A stretch of DNA of 64,000 nucleotides, taken from NCBI GenBank assembly GCA_963575745.1, contig CAUYUJ010000002.1, forward strand, positions 434,001 through 498,000. The letters run 5' to 3'. This DNA comes from Prorocentrum cordatum (Eukaryota). Positions 25,358-37,800 of this stretch are shown here, piece by piece. Numbering within the stretch: the stretch's first letter is position 1; every line of letters begins with the position of its first letter. The notes below the pieces were generated by a model. The model was not told the origin of the DNA, ran no database searches, and saw only the letters and a program-made list of their open reading frames with translations. A program made the position numbers and the translations under genes.

Positions 25358-28300
25358 CTGATGTTGATGATGCTGATGATGATGATGATGATAATTTTTT
25401 GCTGATGCTGATGCTGATGCTGATGCTGATGCTGATGATGCTGCTGGCTCTGCGATGATGACTGATGACGACGACTATGATTTGATGATGAAGGGTGATG
25501 ATGACGGTGCTGAAGCTGATGATGTTGATGACCATTTATTGTTATGATGATGATGATAATGATATGATGGTTTTAAATGATGCTGATGCTGATGCTGATG
25601 ATGACGACGATGATGAGATAAGGATGGTTGATGATGATGATGGAATGAGATGATGAGGATGCTGTTCTGATGATTATGATCATAGACTGTATGATGATGC
25701 TGATGATGATGAATGGTGGATGATGATGATGCTGATGATATGATGTGCTGATTATGATGATTGATGATGATGATGATGGTGATGGTGCTGTGATGGTGAT
25801 GGTGATGGTGATGGTGATGGTGATGGTGATGATGAGGTTGCTGCTGCTGCTGATGATGATGATGATGAAGATGATGAGGATGACGATGATGATGACGAGG
25901 AGGAGGAGGGAAGGAGGAGGAGGGGGAGGAGGAGGAGGAGGAGGAGGACGAGGAGGAGGACGAGGAGAGGACGAAGGAGCATGAGGAGGCGGACGAGAGC
26001 AGGAGGAGGGGGGCGATCCTCCTCCTCCTCCTCCCCCAGTTCCTCCTCCTCCTCCTCCTCCTCCTCCTTCTCCTGGCCCTCCCAGCTGTCCCCACGCCGA
26101 GCGGCGGCGGCGCCCCTCGGCGAGGTACCCCGCGTCGCCCGACCTCCTCGGCGAGGCGCTGCGGCTGCTGGACCGCTCGCGCGGCGTGCGCGGCGCGCTG
26201 GGCGCGGCGGCGTGCCCGCCGTGCGACGGCTGCTGCAGGAGCCCGCCGGCGGGCCCCGGCTGCGGCGTCGTCGGCGGCGCGGCGGCCGGCGGCCGCGGCC
26301 TCCCGAGACATGCCCACACGTCGCGATCGCGGTGGTCGCCGTCGGCTTCGCTGTGGTCGTCGTGGTCGTGGTGTCGTGAGCAGTCGCCGGCATCGCCGTC
26401 GTCGTCGTGATTCGTCCTTGTCGCCGCCGTCGCCCTCGCCGTGGTCGTCGTTGTCGTGGTCGCAGGCCACGCTGCGAGGAGGGGCGCGGGCCGACGGGCG
26501 CGCGCCCTGCGCCGCAGCCCGGCATCGCAGCCCAACCCACAGACGCTGGGCGGCTAGGCCCGAGGACCAAGCAGGTCAACGCTGGGCAGACTGCGCATCG
26601 AGTGCCCACCAATCCGCCCCTCAAGCCGACGCCTCCCACGCGCGAGGGCAGCCCTTGTCCGCGCGACCCAACCACGGGGCCACGCGCCCACGGACCCTAC
26701 AAACTGACCCCACAGAGTGCCACCAGGCCCATGGCCACCTCACGCATGTCGAACGCGCGCGAGGGAGCCCAGACGCCCTTCGAGAGGCCACCTCTCGGCA
26801 TTCGCTCGGGTTCCACGACAACTGACGCCAGCGTGACTCGATCGCCAGTCTAGTCGACACTTACGGTGGCAGCAGCAGCTGGCTCACCATGTTCCAACAC
26901 GGCACGCGACAGTACCTCACTTTTTTCTCTCTCAGACGATAGTAGCGCCAGTCACGGCAATTGCGACCACGCCAACAGGCGCGGAGACAGGGCCCCAAAA
27001 CCCGCGGTGGCTTTCTTACCCACCGAGTAACCATCTGACGTGCCGCGAAACATCGCCCCAGCGGGTACAGTAAAACAGGCCGTGGCATTCAGTGGGTCCA
27101 CGGTAACTTGGGGCTGCGAAACCCGCTGTGGCTTGCTCACCCGCATATGCGAATCAACCGACGCAATTCTGGCCGGGACACACTTCATCTGACGTGCACG
27201 TGTAAGTTTGCGGCACTATCAGACCCTTAAGCCCGCGGTAGATTTGTCGCCCACAATAAACAGGGTCATCACCAATTGATGGGGCCCTCTCAAGCGCCTC
27301 CTTGGTGTTACCGTGACCCTGTCGCCGTGGGGCCTCGAAGGCATGCGACACGAAGGACCCGCCATCAGGTCGGCCATTTAGAGCTTTCGTCCAACCTCCC
27401 ACTCCCCACTGGCTGCCCACTTTTTTCATGTTTCGCCTGCGCCCCCCATCGCCCCGCCCGCGCACGCGCAACCTACACCTTCACCACCCCTGCGGGGCGG
27501 AAAGGGCAGGTTACTGGGGAGGGAGGAGTATCTTGCCGGTGGCCGCCCTGGCGAAGGTCTGGGCGGCTTCGGCCGCAGCGCCGTAAGCCAGCCCACCTTT
27601 GTGCAACCTTGGCAGACCAGCCCGCAAACCAGCCAATTTTTCTTCACCTCTTGGCAGCCCGCGGCAAGCGCAGCACGCCGCCCGCGAGCTCAGTGGCAAC
27701 TCGGCGCAGGCCGCTACCCTGGCGCCGGCCAGGGTGGCCCCGCNNNNNNNNNNNNNNNNNNNNNNNNNNNNNNNNNNNNNNNNNNNNNNNNNNNNNNNNN
27801 NNNNNNNNNNNNNNNNNNNNNNNNNNNNNNNNNNNNNNNNNNNGAGGAGGAGGAGGAGGAGGAGGAGGAGGAGGAAAAGGAGGAGGAGTCGGGCGACGAC
27901 GATGACGACGACGACGACGACGACGACGGTGATCCACGCAAGACGACGACACTGGGATGCGTCTTCCACACGCCGACAGGTTCGGCTGATTTTTTTCGCC
28001 CCAAAATCCGCCTGTGGGGCGACATGCCCGACCTAACATTCGCCCTTGCCGCCGTGCAGTCCGGCTCGCAGTGGAGCAGGGGCCGTGGTCAACTTGCCCA
28101 GCGGGAGGGGGTGTGCAGACCACTGGCCACGGCCTCAGGACGGCGCGCCCGAGGAAAACCTAGGAAAACCGAACCTGGCCGAGGAAAACCAAGGAAAGCC
28201 GCGGAAAAAAACGAGGAACACCGAACCTGGCCGAGGAAAACCACTCCACGCCCGAGGAAGACCCAAGCTGGCCTGCAGCCCCCCCCCCTGGGAGCTCTTC

Positions 28301-28858
28301 GCTTTCCCCGGCGGGTGAGGATCCCCTCGGTTGGGCCGGGGGCCACGACGTGGGGCCCCCCAGTGGCAGGGCACAAAGGCCCTTGCGCCATCCCGTCTTG
28401 GGCGAGGGTGGCCACATCCACACGCTCAGCTTGGACAGCCGTCGTCGCTACAACTGTCCGCCAACCGCCATTGCCGCCTGCGTTTCCACCTCCCCTACGT
28501 ACTCCCCACCCATATCCGAGGTGATATTTTCGGGTGCCTCCCCTCGCCCCCCCCAATGCAGGGGGGCACGGTTACCCCGCCCATGGGGGGTCGCTTGTCA
28601 CATTCCTTCTTTTCTCTTCTGCAGAAAGTTAGCTCGATCAGCCCCGACCAGGGTCGAACGACCTTGGGGGGGGGAATGGCTGCGTCGGAATGATCCCGTA
28701 GCCGCCAAAACCCAGTGCCCAGCAGGAGCATCTGAGAGCCCACCCCGACGCAGCCTCTGAAGTCCGGCCACGCGCGCGCGCGCCCCGCCAGGGGCCCCAG
28801 CGAGCTTTGCGGCGGCCGCAAGGGTGCCTGGGGCAGCTCGGAGGCCAGCGTGCTGGAG
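11118..28858 (+). CDS. Further candidate upstream exons (~11118-11220, ~13743-13830, ~18750-18838, ~26085-26310, ~28791-28858)
   Basis: GC-rich islands after CAG with protein-like frames (LPELGGARAATELAAVLRLP; GLDVDLDLLAEAPP; EALPPLQGLEQLLQPL; PDLLGEALRLLDRSRG). Phases not resolved. Confidence 0.3.
11281..11610. mobile_element. TIR element (same termini as 23495-24770; right-end copy ~28000-28045)
   Basis: GTCCCTCTACAGGAGGAA ... ATCCGCCTGTAGGGGGAC inverted termini with a T/G-rich interior. Confidence 0.6.
12250..13690. repeat. Compound (GAG)n/(GAT)n microsatellite field; similar fields at 3427-3640, 4480-4629, 20170-20283, 25220-26070, 37485-37830, 39168-39560 and elsewhere
   Basis: Direct inspection. 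Confidence 0.95.
13882..14050. mobile_element. TA-flanked MITE (copies 46114-46282 and ~44617-44788)
   Basis: TA|CACGCAAGAGTGACC ... GGTCACTCTTGCGTG|TA. Confidence 0.8.
16030..17490. repeat. Local duplication of a ~570-bp repeat (16030-16620 / 16920-17490)
   Basis: Shared blocks CGTTCGGGGCACGTGCAG, AAAAACCACTTGGCAGTGAT and CACGAACATGACTCCAGACTTTGCCCCAAAGT. Confidence 0.8.
17500..18600 (-). pseudogene. Possible decayed LINE ORF1/endonuclease start
   Basis: Non-repetitive, lower-GC block. LLFRQESH resembles the APE LQETH motif. Weak. Confidence 0.3.
21210..21367. repeat. Dispersed repeat (copy ~41064-41250)
   Basis: Shared CATGGAT.AAGGGGGCGTGGATTAGCGA.GGGTCCCGTTTCCATGG...CCATGGATCGCTAA. Confidence 0.75.
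21372..21570. mobile_element. Palindromic MITE (copies ~14637-14788, ~45410-45686)
   Basis: TA|GATGGGGTCGGAGTAGATGGGGTCG... with about 60-bp TIRs and internal GCATCGCCGATGCATCGGCGA palindromes. Confidence 0.8.
23495..24770. mobile_element. TIR element carrying minisatellites
   Basis: GTCCCTCTACAGGAGGAA left end and GCCTGTAGGAGGACAC right end. Encloses the arrays at 23650-24220 and (GCTGAG)n at 24220-24530. Confidence 0.5.
23650..24220. repeat. Two-tier minisatellite (~95-bp unit x3 then ~72-bp unit x4)
   Basis: Common core CACTTCGTGCTCTTCGA..TCCCAGAACTCCATTCCCGGGCCACATT. Confidence 0.9.
27744..27843. other. Assembly gap (100 N)
   Basis: Run of exactly 100 N. The true distance between the two sides is unknown. 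Confidence 1.
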
Positions 28859-29559
28859 GCCCGGCCCGGGCACGGGGGGGGGGGGAAATGGTCCTCCCCT
28901 TTCTCTCCCTCCCCTTCCTCCTCCTCCTCCTCCTCCTCCTCCTCTTCTCCTCCTCCTCCTCCTCCTCCTTCTCCTCCTCCTCCTTCTCCTAACCTCGTGG
29001 CCCCTGATTCCTGATGTCAGCAATGTCCGCATACCGTAGTTGTTTGTCCCAGTCTCTACAGCGGGAGGCGGTTTTGAAAATCAGGTGCTCTAGCCGGGGG
29101 GGCTCCCCCAAGGGAGGAGTGAGCACGACGGTCGGGGAAAACCCGAGAGGGCAAGCAGCAGAGGAAGAGGAGCGGGGAAGGCGGTGAGGAGCGGAAGGGC
29201 AGCGGGCACGACGACCGACGAGGAGGAGAGGAAGAGGGAGGGGGAGGTCACGACAAATCAGGGAGCTTTCTTAAGCGCCCCCCTCCGTGCCTTCGGTCTG
29301 TCGCCAGGTTGGAGGCGGAAGGAGGAGGGATGACGACGGCGTGAGAGGAGGAGGAGGAGGAGGAGGAGGAGGAGGAGGAGGAGGAGGAGGAGGAGGAGAA
29401 GTCTGCTCCCTGCGCTGGCCGCAGCGTTCTGCGGTCAACAGGAGGGCGGCCTTCGACTCTGGCCTGTCGAGGCTGGAGTGACTCCTCGGGGGGGTGTCCT
29501 CACCAGCCGTCGGAGCTGCTGAGAAAAGGCGGGTGCAGGTGGGTCGCGGGTGGGACGGC

Positions 29560-30720
29560 GACAACACATAACGCAACAGTGCAACAAGCAGGATCCTCAC
29601 CACGGATCCCCACTTCAGCCACGCCTTCAGCCACGCCCCCAGGGACAATGAATGACCGTTCTGCCCCCTTAGTCTGACAAATGCGGCAACCGTTGGGCTG
29701 CGACCGTCCCAGGACCCGTGTGCCTTTCGCCAATCATCCAGGGGGTGAGCACGAGCCAAGAATCCCTGGCAGTTTGTGCGCTGCCTCAGATGCAGGACAT
29801 CGAGGCTGGCCGCCCTCGATCGCAAGAACTGCCGACTCGAAGATCGGCCCCCCAGTTCGGCTGTTTTGCAAACGGTGGTCCATGTACGTCACCAGCAAGC
29901 CTGCTGGGCTTGGGAGCCCGTGTCCTGCGCCCCTCCCTGGATGGGAGATGAACGCTGCAGCGCGGCACAGGCGGAGGCGTTACTTTAGGGATGTGCATCC
30001 CAGGTGCGGCCAAGATGTTGTGATACTCGCTTGCTGTTGGCACACAGGCCAGTGGGTAGCGTTTTGTTGCCAGCCGATTGCGCTGCAGTCACCACGCACA
30101 GAATGAACAACTCATTGGCCCAGCGGTGCAATTGCGCAACACGTGCGGGATGGCCAAGGTGCACTTGCCGTAACGGTGCAAAGGGGAGGGCGGGAGGCGA
30201 GCGATAGGCAGGCAGTGTTGAGGAGGGGCAGTGTGGTCTGCTCATCGCAGGCTGCCCTCATCGAAGGTCGAGGCATTAGTAACTCCTCCGCCTCCGCCGC
30301 CGAACCTCCCGGGCGGTCCCCACCACCTCCTCTTGTCACCGGAGGAGAAAGAACCATCACCACCATTTGCTAGGAGGGCTGCCTGCTCCCCCCCGAGCTG
30401 GTGCCCGAAACGGTGTGCCAGCAGCTTGGGGGTGGCCTTTTGGGGAGGGAATTCTATGGAGTTTTGGTGGTAGTGGCTCGTTTTGTTGTCATGATCTAGG
30501 ACAAGGGCCCTCCTCGTGGGCACCACGATTGGTAAAATATGCGGCTGGTTCCCTAGGGGTGCCCGGTGACGAGTCCGCCGCAGGACAATCCTCCGCGTTG
30601 CTCGCATGGCACTGTCGAGTGAAGTGTGCGGTAATTAAACAGACAAGAATTGTTTTTCGGTTGACACTGTGATCACCGAGCGCGGTCCACTATTCGCAAA
30701 GTGCCTACTCGCAAAAGTCT
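29560..30720 (+). pseudogene. Highly degenerate LINE RT remnant
   Basis: Motif-like pieces in order across frameshifts: HAPRDNE*P (APGxDG), RP/SIARTADSKI (RPISxxNxDxKI), IC*EGCLLPPEL (RQGCxLSP), FCCHDLG (YADD). Confidence 0.5.
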
Positions 30721-31019
30721 GAAACACACATGCGTGCCTCGATGTAATGAATCGTAAATCCCCCGCGCGGGATCCAGGCCATTTGCGAGTAGTTACTGTG
30801 CGAGTAGTGGAACGTGCCCTACTATGTGAAATCGGAGTGCTGTGCAAGCTTCTCCCCACCACCCACCCCCACTGCCACCTTCTCCGATACAGAAGTCAGC
30901 GCGCAGCAAGTGGTGCCCTTTAGGGCTTCATTTGATGGTGCCGAGATGGAGGAATACGACGCAAGGTTCAGGAGTGGGGGAGGGGAGGGACGGTCATAGG
31001 CTGTCTGTGGGACTTCGGG

Positions 31020-31200
31020 GGCGGAAAAGAGGGGGGTGATGACTGGGGGGGGTGGATATCATGGCGTGGGCCATGATATTTCCCCAGATTTCATGGCGCC
31101 CCTTCTTATCTCATTACGTCCCTGGCCCCCCCGCTGGGCCGCGCACATGCCGCCGGTCATGATTTGCACCCCCCCCTCTTGGACACCCCCCTCTTGGCCG
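31020..31200. repeat. Dispersed repeat (copies ~31580-31760, ~36575-36730)
   Basis: GGGGGGTGGATATCATGGCGTGGGCCATGATAT..CCCCAGATTTCATG...CCCCCCTCTTGG. Confidence 0.75.
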
Positions 31201-31325
31201 CTCCCGAGGACTGCTGGTGCGGTCCAAGGGGTCCACGACCGTGATGGCCGTACAGCCAGGGTCCCTTTGGGCAGGTGTCGAGGACCAGCTTGAGGTGCCC
31301 CATATACCTGCCGCTTGCGCCGCAG

Positions 31326-34300
31326 GCGCGCGCCAGGACTCGCCGTGCGGCGTCCTCGATTGCGACGTGCACGAAGCCGCGCCGGGGGGCATCCGATTAA
31401 AGTCGGCGTCGATCCTGGCACCGACGATCTCCAAGAAGAGGCCGAACGTGGCGTGGAGAGCCTTTTCCGTCGATGTCGCTGCAGAGATGCTTGAGATAAG
31501 TGTAGCTTCGGAGGAAGCCTCCTTAGGTTCGAGGTGGCGATCTTCATCTGCAACTTCTGGGCCCGAGGCCTCCTGTCGGGGGCGGCAAAGAGGGGGATGA
31601 TGACCAGGGGGGTGGGTATCATGGCGTGGGCAATGATATCCCCCCAGGTTTCACGGCGCCTCTTCTTGTTTCACTACGTCCTTGGCCCCCCCCTGGGCCG
31701 CGCGCGTGCCGCTGGCCATGACTTGCGCCCCCCCTCTTCGACGCCCCCCTCTTGGCCGACCCCGATCCTGGCGCTCAGGCTCGGGAAGCCGCGGGGAGAC
31801 GCCGCCTCGGCGATGGCGGAGGCCTGGGGCTCGGCGCCACCGCGCTCGCCCACGGCCGCCGCTGCGGGGTTGGCCCCTCGGCCTGGCGCCCGGCCGCCGC
31901 CCCTCTCGGAGAGGCGCTCCGGTGGCGGCGGCGCAGCGCTCGGCCGCTGCGGCCTGGCCCTCGACCTCGCCTCGGCGTTCGTGGCCGCAGCAGTCGGGAT
32001 GCTCGGAAGCCGCCCTGGGGAGGAGCGGCGGCAGCTGGAGGTCGACGTGTGGGGCATCCACGACGATGCGCGGCTCGCCCCCGCGGGCCCGCATGGCCCT
32101 GCGCAGCACCGTGGTCAAGTCGGCACCACGGCGGCCCTGCACGCCGGCGGCAGGGGCCCAGCCGCGGCGGCGCCACGCCGCCGCATCGGGCGCAGCCAGG
32201 AACCGTCGCCGTGCGGCGCGCCGGGCTGCGGTGGCGCCCAGCGCCGCCACCTCGCGAGCTCGCAGCGAGGGCCGCCCATGAGGCGGGCAGCCCCCCGTAT
32301 TGCACCGCGGCAGGGGGAAAGGGCGAAGGACGGGAGTACGATATGAAGAGGTTGGGAAGTGAGAGGTGCCACAGTCGTGGGTGACCTGCCGCTGTGCCGG
32401 CCAGGTCGGCGCACTTGGCCACTAGCTGCCTGAGCAGCCAATGGTTTTCTCCTCATCCTCCTCCCTGTCCTCCTCCTTCCCCTCCCTCTTCGCCTCCTCG
32501 TTGTCCTCCTCCTCCTTCCTCCTGCTCTTCCTCCTCCTCCTCCTCCTCCTAACACATACCCCCTCCTCCTCCTCCTCCTCCTCCTCCTCCTTTTCCTTTT
32601 CCTCCTGCTCTTCCTTTTTCTCATTTTCCTCCTTTTCCTCCTCCTGACGCGTACCCCCTCCTCCTTTTCCTCCTCTTTTTCCTTTTCCTCCTCCTTTTGT
32701 TTCTCCTTCTCCTTCTCCTCCGCTTTCTCCTACTCCTCTTTCTCCTCATCCTCGCCCTCCCTCCTCCTCTCCTCTTTCTCCTCCTTCCTCCCCCTCCTCC
32801 TCCTCCTCCTCTCCTCCTCCTCCTCCTCCTCCTCCTCCTCCACTCTCTCATCTTCCCACCCCTCCTCCGATGCGGCCCGATGCTTGCACGGCGCTGTTGT
32901 TACTCTGGCGCAGCCGATCCGGTCTGATTGCGACTCCATGCCGGCGCGGGCAGATCCGACGCACGTGCCGATCCGATCCGATTTCCCGATTCGATGCTGC
33001 CCGATCTCGGGGGGGAATCGGGTCCGGCGCGAAGGCAGTGGCGCTTCGCACCTCGCGGCTTGGGCTGAGGAGTGGCCCCTCGCCGGGGCGGGGGGGGGCG
33101 GGGGCTGCGCGCCGCGAGAGCGCGACGGCAGCCTCGCCATCGCGCTGCCTGCTCATCGGGAGCCCCGCGGGGGGGGGATGGGCTTTTGGGGGGGGGGACG
33201 CGCGGGCCCCATATCGCCCGCTCATCGCCGACGGGGGCCCGGTGGCCCACCCCGCCCGGGAACGTGCGGCTTCGCGATCGGGGGGCCCGTCGCCGATCTG
33301 TCGGCGCTGTGTCCCCGATGCCAGGGCGATGTTGCCCTCCCGAACCAGTGCCCCCCTGTCGTTGCCCCTTCGGCCTAGGCCCTAGGCCTGGGGTGGAAGG
33401 GGAGTCGGATCGGACGAAAGGGTCGCGGACACGAACACATGGATTCATTTCCACCTCCTCTCGTTGCGACAGAAATCAGGACGGGCGGTCTGTTTGCCCA
33501 CTATCGGCCAACGGGGGCCCTCATTGGGGCACGGGATTTAATTCAAAACGACTCGGGATGTCAAACGCGGTCCCTGGGCGGGATCTCGGGGGGATATCCG
33601 ATCGTCGCCGCCTCGCCGCCGCGCACCACGTAGATCGCGCCCCATAGCTTACACCGCATAGCTCACAGATCATAGCTCATACCACGTAGGTTGCATCACA
33701 TACCTTACACCACATAACTCAGACCACATAATATTCATTACAATGCATAGCTTCCACGCCTTAGACTGCACCACATACCTTGCACCGTATAGATCGCACC
33801 ACGTGGGTTGCACCACATATATTGCACCACGTAGCTCACCCCCCATATATTGGACCACATAGATTGCGCCACATAGTTTACACCACATTGCTCACACCAC
33901 CTAGATGAACACGTTGGCTCCACATATGTTGCTCCACATATCTTGAACCACATAGCTAACACCACACATACATTGCACTACATAGGTTGCACCACCTGGA
34001 TTGCACACTATAGCTTGCACTAGATAGATCGCACCACGTGCATTGCCTCGGGGAAAGGAAAGCTCCGAACTCCCCAAGACGGCCAAAGTTGTGTTGCATC
34101 GACCTTGCTCCCCTCTCGTTGCGCAGGGCTCCCCTTGGCACACCACGGACCACGGACCACGACGGCAACGAGGACGCGGACGTGGACGGCGATGACGACG
34201 CGGACGACGACCGACTAGGAAGCGGACGCGGACGCGAACAACGACGACGACGACGGCGTCGACGACACCGACGACGGAGGCGGCGTCAACGACACCGACG

Positions 34301-34803
34301 ACGGCGGCGGCGACGACAACGACGTCGGCGGCGGCGACGACGACGACGACGATGACGACGACGACAACTGTGACGATGGCGGCGACGGCGGCGGCGAGCG
34401 GCGGCGGCGGCGAGCGGCGAGCGGCGAGCGCGGCGAGCGGCGAGCGGCGGCGGCGGCGGCGACGACGTCCACGACGACATTGCCGAGGTGTCCGGCGCCG
34501 CGGAGGCGGCGGCAGTGGCCACGGCGCTGCGGCCGGGGCGGGCGGCGGCCCACTTGTGCCGCCATGGCGTCTCGGCCGAGGCTCGACGCGCGGCGTCTCG
34601 GCGACGGCGACGAAGACTGCGACTTGACCACGACGAGGACAACGACGACGACGACGTCGGCGACGCGGACGGCGTGGGCGGCGGCGACGGCGACATCGAC
34701 GACGACGACGACGACGTCGGCGACGACCACGACGCCGTCGACGACGACGACGCAGACGACGACGACTTCGGCGGCGTGGGCGGCGGCGACGGTGACATCG
34801 ACG

Positions 34804-34839
<36 letters not shown>

Positions 34840-37800
34840 GCGAGGAGGACGCAGATGATGACGAGGCTCGTATGAGGGAACAAACCAACGCCACAACTCG
34901 TGCTGGTGATTCCTCGCCGCCACGGTTGGGCTCTCCGCGAAAATCTTGTCAGAACGCACCCCAGCAGTGGTTCGGGGAGTAGCGGTACCCGTGTCTGTTC
35001 CCACAGACGACGAGGAGAAGGGTGACGAAACGACGACGCTGCTGAGCCCAGGCGGTGGAGGATGAGGAGGAGAGGCTTGGGGCGGGAGGAGGGGGAGGGG
35101 GGAGGGCAGGAGAGAGGGGGAGAGGGGAGGGGGGAGGGGAGGAGGGGGAGGTCCCGAGGAGGACCAGCAGGAGGAGGAGGAGGAGGAGGAGGAGGTCAGA
35201 GGACTGCTGGGAGGAGAGGGGGGAGACGCCTGAGGAACGAGTATGAGCAGGGGTAGGAGCCAGAGGGACAGGAGGAGGAAGACCAGGAGGACGAGGATGA
35301 GTGGTAGGGGGACGAGCGCGGCAGGATTTCATCAGTGGCAGTGGAGGCTGTGGAGGAAGGGATGGGAACAGGAGAGGAATGGAGATGGGCAGTGGAAGGA
35401 TGTGGGCCTTGAGGACGAAGCAGTGCAGGGGGAGTTCTCCTCCACCGCCTCCCTTCTTCCCGTCCTCCCCCCATGCACCTCCTTGCCCTGCCCCCCTGCC
35501 GCTCCTCCTCCCCTGCTGCCGCCACTCCCCGCTCCTCCTGCCCCTCCTCCTGCTCCTCCTGATCCTCCACCTGCTCCTCGTCGTCCTCCTGCTCCCCCTG
35601 CGACGCCGCTCGCATCGAGTCGCTACGCACGCCCCTTGCTTCCTCCTCCTCTTCCTCCTCCTCTTCTTCCTCTTCTTCCTCTTCTTCTTCTCCTCCTCCT
35701 CCTCCTCCTCATCATCATCATCATCATCATCATCATCCCTCTCCTTCTCATCCTCCCCAGATCTCTCACGTCGTATTTTTTTGGGCCACGTGGCGTCGTG
35801 TTGTTTTCGCCACGTGGATCCCCAGAGGTCCAGACCCGTTCCCTGGAAAGAAGCTCTCTCGTTCGCCTTCCGGGGAGAGGGATGAGGAGGATATCCTCCC
35901 TCCCAGCACCCGAGGAGGAGGAGGAATGGTATTTTGACCGCTACGCCTGCAAGGCCCGCTCTGCTGGGGCTCTTACAACCATCGAACACTGCGATACCAT
36001 GTCCGAGCAGCAGAGTCAAGTGAAGTCAAGGACCGCGCTGGGCCCCCCCGGCGGCGCCTCCGGCGCCGCCCCTGGCGCGCGGAGCGCGCCAGGGAGGGGG
36101 GTGGAGCGCGGATCCAAGAAATCCGTGCAGACCTCCAAAAGTTTATGTTTATGCCGTTTTTGTTCCTGTACTCCTCCCGCCCGCTTCCGCTCCTCCCTGG
36201 GATCTGGGATCTGACGCCTCGAAGACACGGCAACATCGCTAAACATCGCGACCAGAGCCCCAGACCCCATCTTTCGGGGGCGGCCAAGAGGGGGGTGAGA
36301 TCTAACCGCAGACGGTCTTTAATGATGCCCCCCCCTAAGCTCTCGGCGGGGAATAGAAACTCGTCCCTCCTCCTCGTCCTCCTCCTTCCCCTCCCTCCTC
36401 CTTCCCCTCCGTCCTCCTTTTTTGAGCACTTCTCCTGACCTCGCATGCGTCCGCCGACGAGAATAATTCATTTCCAACTATTGTCGGGGTCCCAATCCGT
36501 CAATAAGCCGGCGGACAAAAATATTAATTTTCCAATTATTGCCCGGGGGTTTATTGGAAACCCTTTGGGGTTAGGGGGGGGTGGATGTCATGGCGGGGGC
36601 CACGATACCTCCCCAGATTTCATGACACCTCTCCTTATTTCAATACGTTCCCTGGCCCCCCCTGATCCGTGCACATGCCTCGGGCCATGATTTGCACCCC
36701 CCCCTTCTTGGACACCCCCCTCTTGGACGCCCCCGAGCATTTTTGCACCATTTTTCGAGCCGTATCGATATGTGAGGGTCCCAGGGCCCGAAGCGGGGCG
36801 AACGTGCCCGTTGTGAACAAATAGCAAAGCCAGGATCTCCAGTCTCCTTGCCGCCGCCCGCGCTCAGGTCGACGTCGTCGTCGAGCCAGTGGCCGAGCTC
36901 CACCTGGAGGCCATCGGCGGGGCTTCGCGAGGGGTGCTCCTTTGCTTGCTGTCGTGGGCCCCCAATCGGCGTGGTGACCTCATCGCGTGTCCGTGGGGAC
37001 TCTGTGTCTCCGGACGGTTTTGGGACTCGGGTGGTTCTACCAGGACGTCTCGGGCGAATGGGGACGTGAGTTCGTTGGGGATTCCGAGGTCACCATCTTG
37101 TCCGACACTACACAGCTGTGGTGTGCCTAAACCCTTTTCGTCTGCTTGTTTGAGTATATTGCCTTTGCCCTTGATGTTTACTGTCGCTTCTCCTCCCTCT
37201 CCTCCTCGTGCTTGTGCCCCTCCAGAGCTTCCTCCTCCTCCTCCTCCTTCTCCTCTTCCTGCTTTCTCCCTTCTCCTCCTGGGTCTCCTCGTCCTCGGCA
37301 TCTTGCAGACTTTCCTGCTCCCTCTGTTCTTCCTCCACAGCCGTCCTTTCGCCCTTATGTGGCCTACCTTCGTACTCCTCATATGTAGTTCTCCTGCACG
37401 GTCCAGTTTTTCATATTGAGATGGCGCATGTTCTCTTCTTCGCTTTCACGTAAGTCACCGTCTTCTTCATCTTGGTTATGGGACATCATTGTCATCATCA
37501 ACACAATCGTCAGTATCATCATAGTTGTCATCACCACCATCATCAGCATCATCATCATCATGATTCGACTGCTCAGTATCATCAGCAACAACAGCATCAT
37601 CTTCATCAGCATAATCATCGCCTTTTTCATGTTGGTCACCACCATCAGCATCGCGATCATCATTCTCACCATGATCATCAGCATCATCATCGCCAGGAGC
37701 ATCACCATCATCGGCATCACCATCATCGTTATGCCATCATCATCAGCATCAGCATCATCAACATCGCTTGCATCCTCATTTTCCCCAGCATCATCATCAT

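Noticed and set aside
32430..32446. Relict SL on minus strand (CCATTGGCTGCTCAGG)
   Set aside because: The match is too weak to distinguish from chance.
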